A DNA stretch of 64,000 nucleotides from Candidatus Micrarchaeota archaeon. GTDB lineage: Archaea; Micrarchaeota; Micrarchaeia; Anstonellales; Anstonellaceae. This document shows, one piece after another, positions 36,951-45,303 of this stretch. The translations under genes were made by a program, and so were the position numbers. The stretch is from assembly GCA_026413965.1 (NCBI GenBank), contig JAOAJY010000001.1, forward strand, positions 57,642-121,641, read 5' to 3'. Every line of letters starts with the position of its first letter. The first letter of the stretch is position 1. Below the pieces are notes generated by a model. It was not told where the DNA came from, did no database searches, and saw only the letters and a list, made by a program, of their open reading frames with translations.

Positions 36951-37949
36951 ATGAAGTTTTCCTGCTCTGCCCCTTGCAAAGCCATACTATTTGGGGAGCA
37001 TTATGTTGTTTATGGAGCCCCTGCGCTCTCCATCCCGATAGAGCCCAGGAACAAGGTGCATTTTTTCCGCGGCGAAGGCAGCGGGCTTTTGCTGGAATCC
37101 TCGCTTGGCGCAGCCCGCATGTCAGGCAGAAGGTTTGCTGGGGAGCCTGCCCTCAAGATATACCAAAAAGCCGCGCTTGCGATTGTCGGGAAAGGAAGCC
37201 TTCCTGATGCGAGGGCAAGGTTCCAGCCTGCATGGTCTGCCAAAGGAGTGGGAATCAGCGCCTCCCTTTGCGCAGCATTCGCGGCAGGCATCCTCAAGCT
37301 GAAAGGCAGGAAGGCTTCTCCAAACAGGATTTTCATGGCTGCCCAGCAAGGGGATTTGCTTGCCCATGGAGGCAGGGCATCTGGCATAGACGCAAAAACG
37401 GTTTCTTTCGGAAAGCCGCTGATTTTCCAAAGAAGCTTCCAGCCTCCAAAGTTTTCAGCAAAGCCCATGCGGCTTCTTCTGCCAAGAAGCAGCAGGCTTC
37501 TGCTGGTGGACACATGGAGAGGAAAAAGAAGCAGGACCGAAGAGATGCTCTTGGCTTTCGCAAGGCAATTTGGCGCATCTGGATTGCCTGAGGAGGTTGG
37601 GGAGGAAAAAAGGCAGGAGATTGTGGAGGAGTATTTGCCTGTTTGGAAAAAGGCGCGCGCCGGCTTGCAGAAAGCAGATGCCAGAGAGATTGGAAGGCTG
37701 ATGAGCGAAAACCAAGACCTGCTCAGAAAAAGGAAAGTCTCAAGCAGAGGCATAGACAAAGCGGTGGAGTCTGCCCTTTCGCTTGGGGCTTATGGAGCAA
37801 AGCTGACCGGCGGAGGAGGGGAAGGAGGGGCGGTGCTGGTCCTATGCAAGCGAAAAGATGAGAAGATGGTTGCCAGGGGCATTTTCCAGCAGACAGGCTT
37901 CCCTTGCCGCCCAATTGAGGTTGCTGAAAGAGGCGCAGGGTTGGACTAG
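36951..37949 (+). CDS. mvk: Mevalonate kinase-like GHMP kinase
   Basis: SAPCKAILFGEHYVVYG, KGVGISAS, HGGRASGID and GAKLTGGGGEGG. Confidence 0.82.
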   Translation: MKFSCSAPCKAILFGEHYVVYGAPALSIPIEPRNKVHFFRGEGSGLLLESSLGAARMSGRRFAGEPALKIYQKAALAIVGKGSLPDARARFQPAWSAKGVGISASLCAAFAAGILKLKGRKASPNRIFMAAQQGDLLAHGGRASGIDAKTVSFGKPLIFQRSFQPPKFSAKPMRLLLPRSSRLLLVDTWRGKRSRTEEMLLAFARQFGASGLPEEVGEEKRQEIVEEYLPVWKKARAGLQKADAREIGRLMSENQDLLRKRKVSSRGIDKAVESALSLGAYGAKLTGGGGEGGAVLVLCKRKDEKMVARGIFQQTGFPCRPIEVAERGAGLD

Positions 37950-38719
37950 CCTTTGCCAAGCTGGCTGAGGAATTCTTCTTCCATGAAGTGCAGCCCGGCT
38001 GGCACGATTATTGCCGCTGGGGGGTCCTTGCCAGATGGAGGCAGGCTGAGCATTTGGCTCAAGGGCAGCCAAGAGACTTTCTGGCAGCTCCAGCCAAGCC
38101 CTTGCAGAAGAACCACCTTGGTCTGCCCTGAGAAAATGCCTTTTTTTCCTGCGGATTCCATATCAAGCATGGTCTTCGCGGCCGTCTGCGGCCTCATGGG
38201 CCCAAGCTGCTCATCAATGTCCAAAAGCAGAAGGCTGTGCAGCCTGCGGGCAAGGTTTTCCGCCACTGCCTCATATGCTGCCATGGGCTTGTAGTTCTCC
38301 CTCCAATAAGCAAGAGTGGAGGTCTTGCCGAATTTGTAAGTCTGCAAGCCGGACTCGCCAATCGCAGCAGAAAGGATTGACGAGGAATGCACCACCCTTG
38401 CGCGCACGCCCCGCTTTCTTGCCGAAACCACAAGCGAAACATGGGTGGTTGCGATAAGCGGGTCTCCTGGCACCAGCAAGGCGGCAGAGCCTTTTTCAGC
38501 CGCATCAAGCAGGGTTTTTTCGCCCTCCACATCCATGCGGGAAAGGAGAGCTATCTTCTTGCCGCAAAGCCTTTCCAGCTCTTCCAAAAACCCATCCGGG
38601 ACAAGATTGGTGTATTGCTCGGCAAAAAGGAAAGAGCAGGATTTTGCCGCCTCCAGCCCCTCCAAAGTCATTCCCTTTGCGCCGCATATTCCTGTGCCAA
38701 TAAGCAAAAGCTCCCCCAC
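37946..38719 (-). CDS. dph5: Diphthine synthase
   Basis: FAEQYT, LVPGDPLIATTH, GLQTYKFGK and LHSLLLLDI. Confidence 0.93.
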   Translation of the reverse strand: MGELLLIGTGICGAKGMTLEGLEAAKSCSFLFAEQYTNLVPDGFLEELERLCGKKIALLSRMDVEGEKTLLDAAEKGSAALLVPGDPLIATTHVSLVVSARKRGVRARVVHSSSILSAAIGESGLQTYKFGKTSTLAYWRENYKPMAAYEAVAENLARRLHSLLLLDIDEQLGPMRPQTAAKTMLDMESAGKKGIFSGQTKVVLLQGLGWSCQKVSWLPLSQMLSLPPSGKDPPAAIIVPAGLHFMEEEFLSQLGKG

Positions 38720-38777
38720 AAAAACACCTAATCTATAGCGCAGCAACTTCTTTTAAATTGGCAAGAGAAGGAATTGC

Positions 38778-39941
38778 ATGAAGCTTTGCCAGGAGTGCAG
38801 GAAAGCTGGGAGAGTGTGGTGCCCCCATAGCGCAGCTTATGAGATGAAGGCCCGCCTTTCAGCAAGCTTGAAGCAGGAAATGTTCGGCCCAACTCCGCCC
38901 GGCTTTTTTGTTGGGCACAGCTTTTACCCGAAGGTTTTTTTCGGGCCCATGATTTCCGCCACAGGCGAGCCGGTCGCAGACGACCCCAAGCAGCTTTATG
39001 GAATGAGCATCCCTCAGATAATGCAAAGCCGCCTTGCGCTTGTGCGCGGCATGGCAAGAGGAGAGGTTGGCGCAAGGGGGAGGCTGCTTTCGGAATCCCA
39101 GCTGGCAGTGATGAGCATAAAGCCTGTGGATGCTGAGGCCAAATTCTCAAGGCAGCCTTTCTTCAAGCTGGAATTTGACGAAATCGCCCAGCCGGTTGGC
39201 GTGTCTGCCCCTATTGAGAAATTCCTGCTTGCTGAAAACCCGCCAGTCCCGAAAAAAGTGGATTCTGCGGTTTCAGAGGGCATGGAGGCTGAGGAGGCAA
39301 TAGGGGAGCTTCTGGCTTCAGGCTTTGATGTGCATTACCTGTCAAGGCTTCTTGCTGCTGGGCTTTTGGGCAAGCCTGAGCAGCGGAAAATGGTGCCGAC
39401 CAAATGGGCAATAACTGCCACAGACGACATTGCCGCAAAGAGGCTGATTGGGCATATCAAGGATTTCCGGCAAATAGAAGCCCCTCTGCTTTACTCCAAC
39501 ATCTACCTTGACAACCGCTTTGAGATACTGCTTCTTCCAGGAAGCTGGGAGTATGAGCAGTTTGAGGCATATCTCAAATCGCCTGGCAAAATATCAGAGG
39601 AGCATGAGCCTTTTGGCGGAAGGAAGAAATACGCTGAAAGCCAGGGGGGAGGATACTATGCCGCAAGATTTGCTGTCGCAGAGGGCTTGTGGAAGATGGG
39701 CAGGCAGGCAAAAGCAGTGGTTTTCAGGGAAATAGGGGAAAAATACGATGTGCCTGTGGGCGTGTGGGAAGTCAGAGAAAATGTGAGGCATGCTTTTTCG
39801 CAACCGCCTGAGAAATTCAGCTCCCTCAAAGAAGCGCTGGCAAGGCTTTCTGCAAAGCTCGCCTTGCCCATCAGCAATTACCTGAAAAAAAGCAGGGTGC
39901 TTTTGCAAAGAAGGCTGGATGAAAGCTGGGACAGATTTTAA
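38778..39941 (+). CDS. nreA: Nre family DNA repair protein
   Basis: N-terminal Cys cluster, PPGFFVG..YPKV, MVPTKWAITATDD, GGYYAARF, PVGVWEVRENVR and PIP-like QRRLDESW. Confidence 0.88.
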   Translation: MKLCQECRKAGRVWCPHSAAYEMKARLSASLKQEMFGPTPPGFFVGHSFYPKVFFGPMISATGEPVADDPKQLYGMSIPQIMQSRLALVRGMARGEVGARGRLLSESQLAVMSIKPVDAEAKFSRQPFFKLEFDEIAQPVGVSAPIEKFLLAENPPVPKKVDSAVSEGMEAEEAIGELLASGFDVHYLSRLLAAGLLGKPEQRKMVPTKWAITATDDIAAKRLIGHIKDFRQIEAPLLYSNIYLDNRFEILLLPGSWEYEQFEAYLKSPGKISEEHEPFGGRKKYAESQGGGYYAARFAVAEGLWKMGRQAKAVVFREIGEKYDVPVGVWEVRENVRHAFSQPPEKFSSLKEALARLSAKLALPISNYLKKSRVLLQRRLDESWDRF

Positions 39942-39963
39942 ACTTTGCCAGCTAAGTGGAATC

Positions 39964-40191
39964 ATGGGGGCCGCTGGGGATTCGCTGGTGGATGAGATTG
40001 AGGCAGTGATAAAGGAAGCTGCAGGAAAGCAGGAAGTGGTGATGATAAGGCTGGCGGTTGGAGAGAAGATAAGCATCCCAAAAAGCGCGCTTGCGGCAGA
40101 GCTTCACCGGAGGTTCCCGAAAGCAAGCATAGAGATGGTGGATGGCAAAGAGGAAGGCTCAGTGGTTGTGAAAGACATTGAGGTAGAGTGA
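39964..40191 (+). CDS. Small HypA-like-fold protein lacking metal ligands
   Basis: VVMIRLAVGE and C-terminal VVKDIEVE resemble HypA, but there is no MHE and no CxxC. Confidence 0.5.
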   Translation: MGAAGDSLVDEIEAVIKEAAGKQEVVMIRLAVGEKISIPKSALAAELHRRFPKASIEMVDGKEEGSVVVKDIEVE

Positions 40192-40195
40192 AAGG

Positions 40196-40837
40196 ATGAT
40201 AATAGGGATTGATGAGGCAGGAAGAGGCTGCATAATAGGCCCCATGGTCGTCTGCGCTGCGGCAATCAACCCGCTGGACGAGTACCGGCTAAAGGAGCTG
40301 GGGGTGCGCGACTCCAAGAAGCTCACCCCGCGGCAGCGCGAGCGGATTTACGGCAAGATTTGCCGGCTTTGCAGGTACACCGCTGTCAAGGTTCATGCGG
40401 AGGAGATAAACGCCTTGATGGAAAAATGCAGCCTGAACGAGATAGAGGCGATGAAGGTTGCGCAAGCCATAGACAAGCTGGGGATTGGGGGAGCAACCGC
40501 TTATGTGGATTCTCCGGACAATGTGCCCTCAAAATTTGCGCAGAGGATAAGGAAATACCTGAAAACTCCGGTGGAGATAGTCTCCGCAAACAAGGCAGAC
40601 GACAAATACGTGATTGTGGGGGCTGCTTCAATAATAGCCAAAGTCACCCGAGACCGGGAAGTGGAGAAGATAAAGGAGATTGTGGGCTTTGACTTCAATT
40701 CTGGCTATACTTCAGATCCAATAACCCAAAGCTATATTAGCAAAAGGAGCCAGTACCCTCAGCTTGAGCCTTATCTTCGCAAAAAATGGTCAACCCTCAA
40801 AGCTGAAAAGCAGAAGAAATTGGTGGAATTTGAATAG
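40196..40837 (+). CDS. rnhB: Ribonuclease HII
   Basis: GIDEAGRG, VRDSKKL, AASIIAKVTRD, SGYTSD and PIP box QKKLVEF. Confidence 0.97.
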   Translation: MIIGIDEAGRGCIIGPMVVCAAAINPLDEYRLKELGVRDSKKLTPRQRERIYGKICRLCRYTAVKVHAEEINALMEKCSLNEIEAMKVAQAIDKLGIGGATAYVDSPDNVPSKFAQRIRKYLKTPVEIVSANKADDKYVIVGAASIIAKVTRDREVEKIKEIVGFDFNSGYTSDPITQSYISKRSQYPQLEPYLRKKWSTLKAEKQKKLVEFE

Positions 40838-40845
40838 GCGATGGT

Positions 40846-41553
40846 ATGCAGGCATCATGCAGAGGACAGGGAGCAACGGAGTATTTGGTACTTCTTGCGA
40901 TTGTCTTGATAATAGCCATGGTTGCAGTTGCCCTCCTTGGATTTTTCCCAGGCATGGCAGGAGACGCCAAGCTTGCGCAAAGCAAGGCTTATTGGCAGTC
41001 TGCAAGCCCTATTGCGATAGTGGATGGCGCTGCTTCTAGATTCTATGGAGCGCACAGTCAGATACTTCTAACTTTGCAAAACAATGGCGCCACGCCGGTT
41101 GAGCTGGTGGCTGTTGGGCCTATAAGAAGCCCTTGGACATACACCATAACGCATAATGAGTATGGGCAGATAACTAAACAAGGAAAGTATGCGTTTTTCA
41201 GCCCTGGATGGTTCAGCACCGGCTATGGACCAGATTTGGAAGGCACGTGGAGAGGATATGTTGCGCCACCAGAAGGAAATGGTTGGGATTACTATCAAGA
41301 AAAGCTGGTCATTTCTCCCGGAGAGAAAATCACAATTGGATTTTATGCATCTGCGCACGACCCTTCGCTATCAGACTCCTATCCATACACCAATCCTTGC
41401 AGTTTTGGAGAAGAAGCGGTTTCAAAATACTACGAGTTCAAGCAATTCAACATATACTATGTCTCCTACGCTGAAAATGGAGAAAAGCTTTTGAAAAGGC
41501 AGGCTGGCTCAAAACCCCTCGTCTTATCATGCACTGAGGGCGAATTTTGGTAA
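40846..41553 (+). CDS. Class III signal peptide protein (archaeal type IV pilin-like)
   Basis: RGQGATEYLVLLAIVLIIAMVAVALL, then a beta domain with LQNNG, SPGEK and a terminal GSKPLVLSC. Confidence 0.85.
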   Translation: MQASCRGQGATEYLVLLAIVLIIAMVAVALLGFFPGMAGDAKLAQSKAYWQSASPIAIVDGAASRFYGAHSQILLTLQNNGATPVELVAVGPIRSPWTYTITHNEYGQITKQGKYAFFSPGWFSTGYGPDLEGTWRGYVAPPEGNGWDYYQEKLVISPGEKITIGFYASAHDPSLSDSYPYTNPCSFGEEAVSKYYEFKQFNIYYVSYAENGEKLLKRQAGSKPLVLSCTEGEFW

Positions 41554-41554
41554 A

Positions 41555-41722
41555 TTAGCGAAGCACAACCAGGGGGATTATTCCTGCCTCAAGCTCGCGC
41601 TTTGCGACATCAATTGCGGACTCCCCAGGCTTGACCTCCAAAAGCGGGGGAGCGCCGTAAGACAGCTGCAGGGCGCGGGCGCCAATTATCCGCGCAATCT
41701 CAAATTTGCTCAAGGAAGCCAT
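41555..41722 (-). CDS. rpoK: RNA polymerase subunit K (Rpo6), 55 aa
   Basis: Below the ORF cutoff. MASLSKFEIARIIGARALQLSYGAPPLLEVKPGESAIDVAKRELEAGIIPLVVLR. Confidence 0.95.
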   Translation of the reverse strand: MASLSKFEIARIIGARALQLSYGAPPLLEVKPGESAIDVAKRELEAGIIPLVVLR

Positions 41723-41727
41723 ATGAC

Positions 41728-42384
41728 TCACCGCTTTTTCTTGAATTCTTGGTATTCCTCAAAAGCGCTTTTCTTTCTGATGTGGGGATTATTCTTAGAA
41801 AAACCCAGTTTGTCCATTTTGGAGGAAAGCGTTTTTAACTCTTGCAGGATGGCTTGCAGAAGCTCTGCCTCGCTTTTGCTTGGCTCAGAGGGCGCTTCGC
41901 CTTTTGCAAGCTGGACTTTTTGCATGATTTCAGCAATCAATGCGTCTTTGTTGGCAATTCCTGGGATGAATGTCTCGGAAGCTATGCGGGAGGAGCCTGC
42001 GGTCTCTATCTCAATTGTGGCAAGCCCCAAAAGCCGCTCCACCACCGTCCTTTCGCTGTTGATGTCCTGTATTGTAACATAGGGGATGACGGTTGTTTTC
42101 CTGGTCAGCACGCCTTCGCGTATGATTATGTCCGACTGGCGAAGCTCGTAGGTGAAATTGCGGTAAACAAGCTCCACCCAGAGATAAAGCGGAATGGCTG
42201 CAATGGCAGCAAGCAAAATTATCGCCAACGGCAAGTCGTTTTTGTGAAGCCCGGCTACTGAGAACTCTGCCGGCAGCGTCAATGACAAGGAGAGCCCGAG
42301 CAGAGCCAGAAAAAGCACGGCTATTGCGGTTGGCAGGAACCAAATCAGCTTCACCTTCGGGTCAAGATGCCTTGCTCCCTCCAG
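41728..42384 (-). CDS. Membrane protein with a bacterial PH (bPN_2/YdbS-like) domain
   Basis: Two TM helices, then YRNFTYEL...IIREGVLTRK...IPYVTIQDI...ERLLGLATIEIETAG. Start ambiguous (CTG 42384 or GTG 42354). Confidence 0.82.
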   Translation of the reverse strand: MEGARHLDPKVKLIWFLPTAIAVLFLALLGLSLSLTLPAEFSVAGLHKNDLPLAIILLAAIAAIPLYLWVELVYRNFTYELRQSDIIIREGVLTRKTTVIPYVTIQDINSERTVVERLLGLATIEIETAGSSRIASETFIPGIANKDALIAEIMQKVQLAKGEAPSEPSKSEAELLQAILQELKTLSSKMDKLGFSKNNPHIRKKSAFEEYQEFKKKR

Positions 42385-42393
42385 AAAATCACC

Positions 42394-43029
42394 TCAAAAA
42401 ACCTGTCCGCTCTCCTGGAAATCCTCATAAGCCAAGTCGTTGAACGCGTATATTATCTTGCCTTTCAGCGAGTCCATGGCTTGCTGCCCTGAGGCAAACT
42501 CCTGGATTGCCTCTTTTGAGTGGTCTGCCACAAAGCTTTTCCCTCGGAATTGGAAAAGGACGTAGGAATTCCGTGTGTCGGTGACGAAAACCTTGGCGTT
42601 TTCAGAGCCCAAAGCCCGCAGGATAGAGCAGAGGAAGATGGATTTGTCAATCTCGTCGCCTGCCATAAGCTCCTTAATCTCTGAGAAAGAAAGCCAGAAA
42701 GAAACAGGGGCAGAGACGGTCTTGAAGGCTGAAACGTGCTTGAAAGCCATCTTGGCGCAATCCAGGAAATGCTCAGAATAAACGTATGGATGGAAGCTTT
42801 CTGTTATGGCTTCTTTCAGCTCAACAACACAAGCGTCCTTGGGATTCACCATGCTTTTCAAATCGGAGACCGATTTGGTCTCGGACTCCTCTATTTTTTC
42901 CCGGTATCGCTCAATTATGAGCCGGCAAAGCCTAAGCTTGAGCTCATCGTCAGAGGGCGGAGAGGAAGCTGGAGGGCTGGATGGCGGGCTTTTTGGCTTT
43001 TTTGCCAAAAGCCTAAGCAAATCTTCCAT
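42394..43029 (-). CDS. Transglutaminase-like fold protein with a degenerate active site
   Basis: FWLSFSEI...AGDEIDKSIFLCSILRALG resembles W..P.E....GDCED.A.LL.SLLRA.G. Confidence 0.65.
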   Translation of the reverse strand: MEDLLRLLAKKPKSPPSSPPASSPPSDDELKLRLCRLIIERYREKIEESETKSVSDLKSMVNPKDACVVELKEAITESFHPYVYSEHFLDCAKMAFKHVSAFKTVSAPVSFWLSFSEIKELMAGDEIDKSIFLCSILRALGSENAKVFVTDTRNSYVLFQFRGKSFVADHSKEAIQEFASGQQAMDSLKGKIIYAFNDLAYEDFQESGQVF

Positions 43030-43089
43030 GCATGCCGATTTTTCTTCTCAGGCTTATAACTTTTGTGGTAAGGAGCGGTTTTTGGGCTG

Positions 43090-45303
43090 TCAGACATAGT
43101 CTGAGCATACCGGCGCGAATGGATTTCCGCAGTAAAACACAGCCGCAGCCTGATTGTTTGTGTAGTCAATTTCCTGTATGCTGGGGTTCCTTGGCAGGTT
43201 GGCTTCTGCAACCACCCTTTTCAGCCCTGCTGACGAGCATATGCAGGTGAATGACAATGGGGAGGAAGTTTGCCCGGCGTTGAGCGGAGGGGTTTGCCGC
43301 ACCTGGTCCTCGCCGTTTGCGGTGCAGTTTGCCCCAAACAAGGTGGTGCTGGACGGTACCGACACGTTCTGGTTCCCCTTGTTTGCGACACTGAGGCTTA
43401 TGCTGAGGCTTCCGCCAATCGGAGTTATGATGCGCGATGGAGACATGCCTGATATTACGTAGTCAGGGCCTATTCCTTGGACCACCAAGACGGGATTGGC
43501 GCAGGAAAGTGATGGGAAGCGGGCATCCTCGCTTGATGCGTTGATTCTTCCTGATTGGGGAACTGGCGCGTTTTGTGTAGAGAAATTGGTGGTGGGGCGA
43601 ATCATGCTAGGAGTCCGCTCAGGATTGAGCCTTCCGCCAATTATGTTGGTTGACCAAATCAGCCGCGGGCAGCCCACAAGCCCAGGAACCCCGGTTTTGG
43701 TGCAGTTTGCCTCAACCAAAGCCCAGTCATTTGGAAGAAACAGGTTGGAATGGTTCACCAGCCCGCACACCATTCGGTCAGGACGGGGGGAGAACAGAAG
43801 CAGGACCTCGCATGATGCTGAGCACTCCTCCGCATTCGCGCAGGATATTGCTATTTTTCCTGGCTGCACTGATGGCGGCTCGGCGGAAGGAGAGGTGAAA
43901 AGCGAAAAGACTGGCGAGGGAGCAGCAGGCGTGGAGCTGGGATTGAGAGATGCGCCTGTCAGGTTGGTTGTCCAGTTGAGAGCAGGGCACAAGTCAAGAT
44001 CGCCATTTTTGATGCATGAGGCTTTCACTTGCGCAGTCTCATTTGGGAAGAAAACAGGCCCGTGATTGACAAGCTCGCATGAAAGAGCGTATGCGCTTGC
44101 CTCAGACACCCTGACCTTCACTGCAAGCGCCGTGCTGTTGTTGCAGTCCTTCAAGCCAGTGTTTGTGCAGTCAGGAGAAGTGGTTTTTGACCGGATGTCC
44201 AGAACCAAGTCATACGTTCCAGGAGGAGTGCCCTGCGGCACAAAAACCGTGCCGTTGATTTGCCTGCTTGAGCCTGCAGGAACCACAAAAGGCAGGCTGG
44301 GCGAGGATATTTGAAGGTTGGAGAAAGTGCTCCCTGCAAGCGAGATTGAGCTTACTGAAAGGTTCCTGTTCGCCCCGTTGTTTAGGGTGAAGCTGAATGA
44401 GACTGCTTTGCCTGGGGTTGTGGATACGGTGGGCGCAGGCGAGGACGGATAAAGCGAGCAGGAGAATGGATTTTCCACTCTGAGGTAGGCTGTTTCGCTG
44501 GAGAATTCCGGGCTGAAACTGTCATTTATTACTGCATAGACTGTAGAGATGCGATTGAGGCTCGGATTGACTATATTCCTGATGGGGGCTACGCACCTGT
44601 TTATGTCTATCACGCCTCTTACTGCGTGCTGGCCAAGAGGCAACACCAAATCATTTTTGGAAAATGAGCCTGTGAAAGGCCGGGAGTATTCGGTGTTGCC
44701 CACAATGATTTTGCCGGTTGCGTCGCAAATCATGCCTATGAAAGCCTGGTATTTTTGCCCGTTGTTGTAAAATCCATAGGGATTGCCGCCATTTCCCATG
44801 TGCTGGCGGTATTTTATGCCGACCTCTTTTTCATAAGAAGAATAATCCGTTATGCCTATGGAGGCAAGGTAGTTTTGCCATGTTTGATTCGGGCTCCATT
44901 CCCATTTTCTTGGAACTCCTGAATCGGCAAATTGTCTCAAGCTTTGCACTTGCTGGGTGGTGGACCAGCGGATGGGGTAAATGCCTCCAGGCTGGTTGTA
45001 GGCGGAAATCGGATCGTTTTGGGAAAGGGCTCCGCTTGCTGTCCCTCCTTCAAAGATGCTCGGGTTTATCCGCCAGCCTCCAGAGGAAGTTAGATTTATT
45101 TGGGTTGGGCTTCCTGCGCAGACGCTTTCAGGAACCGAGATGGTTGGAAGGGCATCCATATCGCTTTTCAGATAAGTATTGTTCTCCGGGCTTTGTGTTT
45201 TCCAATGCATAGCGAATTGCGCAGAAGCGGAGAAGACTGCTTGTGAAAGCAAAGCGCAGGCAAGGCAAAGAAAAAAAATTCTGCTCTCCCTCATGAAACC
45301 CAC
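43090..45303 (-). CDS. Secreted Cys-rich multi-Ig-domain surface protein with C-terminal CARDB
   Basis: Signal peptide, Ig-like FSFTLNN domain, two CxLVNH repeats and CARDB (PDYVI...VANKG...IQEIDYTNN), ending CSDYV. Confidence 0.78.
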   Translation of the reverse strand: MGFMRESRIFFLCLACALLSQAVFSASAQFAMHWKTQSPENNTYLKSDMDALPTISVPESVCAGSPTQINLTSSGGWRINPSIFEGGTASGALSQNDPISAYNQPGGIYPIRWSTTQQVQSLRQFADSGVPRKWEWSPNQTWQNYLASIGITDYSSYEKEVGIKYRQHMGNGGNPYGFYNNGQKYQAFIGMICDATGKIIVGNTEYSRPFTGSFSKNDLVLPLGQHAVRGVIDINRCVAPIRNIVNPSLNRISTVYAVINDSFSPEFSSETAYLRVENPFSCSLYPSSPAPTVSTTPGKAVSFSFTLNNGANRNLSVSSISLAGSTFSNLQISSPSLPFVVPAGSSRQINGTVFVPQGTPPGTYDLVLDIRSKTTSPDCTNTGLKDCNNSTALAVKVRVSEASAYALSCELVNHGPVFFPNETAQVKASCIKNGDLDLCPALNWTTNLTGASLNPSSTPAAPSPVFSLFTSPSAEPPSVQPGKIAISCANAEECSASCEVLLLFSPRPDRMVCGLVNHSNLFLPNDWALVEANCTKTGVPGLVGCPRLIWSTNIIGGRLNPERTPSMIRPTTNFSTQNAPVPQSGRINASSEDARFPSLSCANPVLVVQGIGPDYVISGMSPSRIITPIGGSLSISLSVANKGNQNVSVPSSTTLFGANCTANGEDQVRQTPPLNAGQTSSPLSFTCICSSAGLKRVVAEANLPRNPSIQEIDYTNNQAAAVFYCGNPFAPVCSDYV

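Noticed and set aside
42394..42396. Selenocysteine or genetic-code reassignment at the in-frame TGA
   Set aside because: TGA ends many clear genes here (radA, purM, rps27ae), and the position is a domain boundary followed by a ribosome-binding site.
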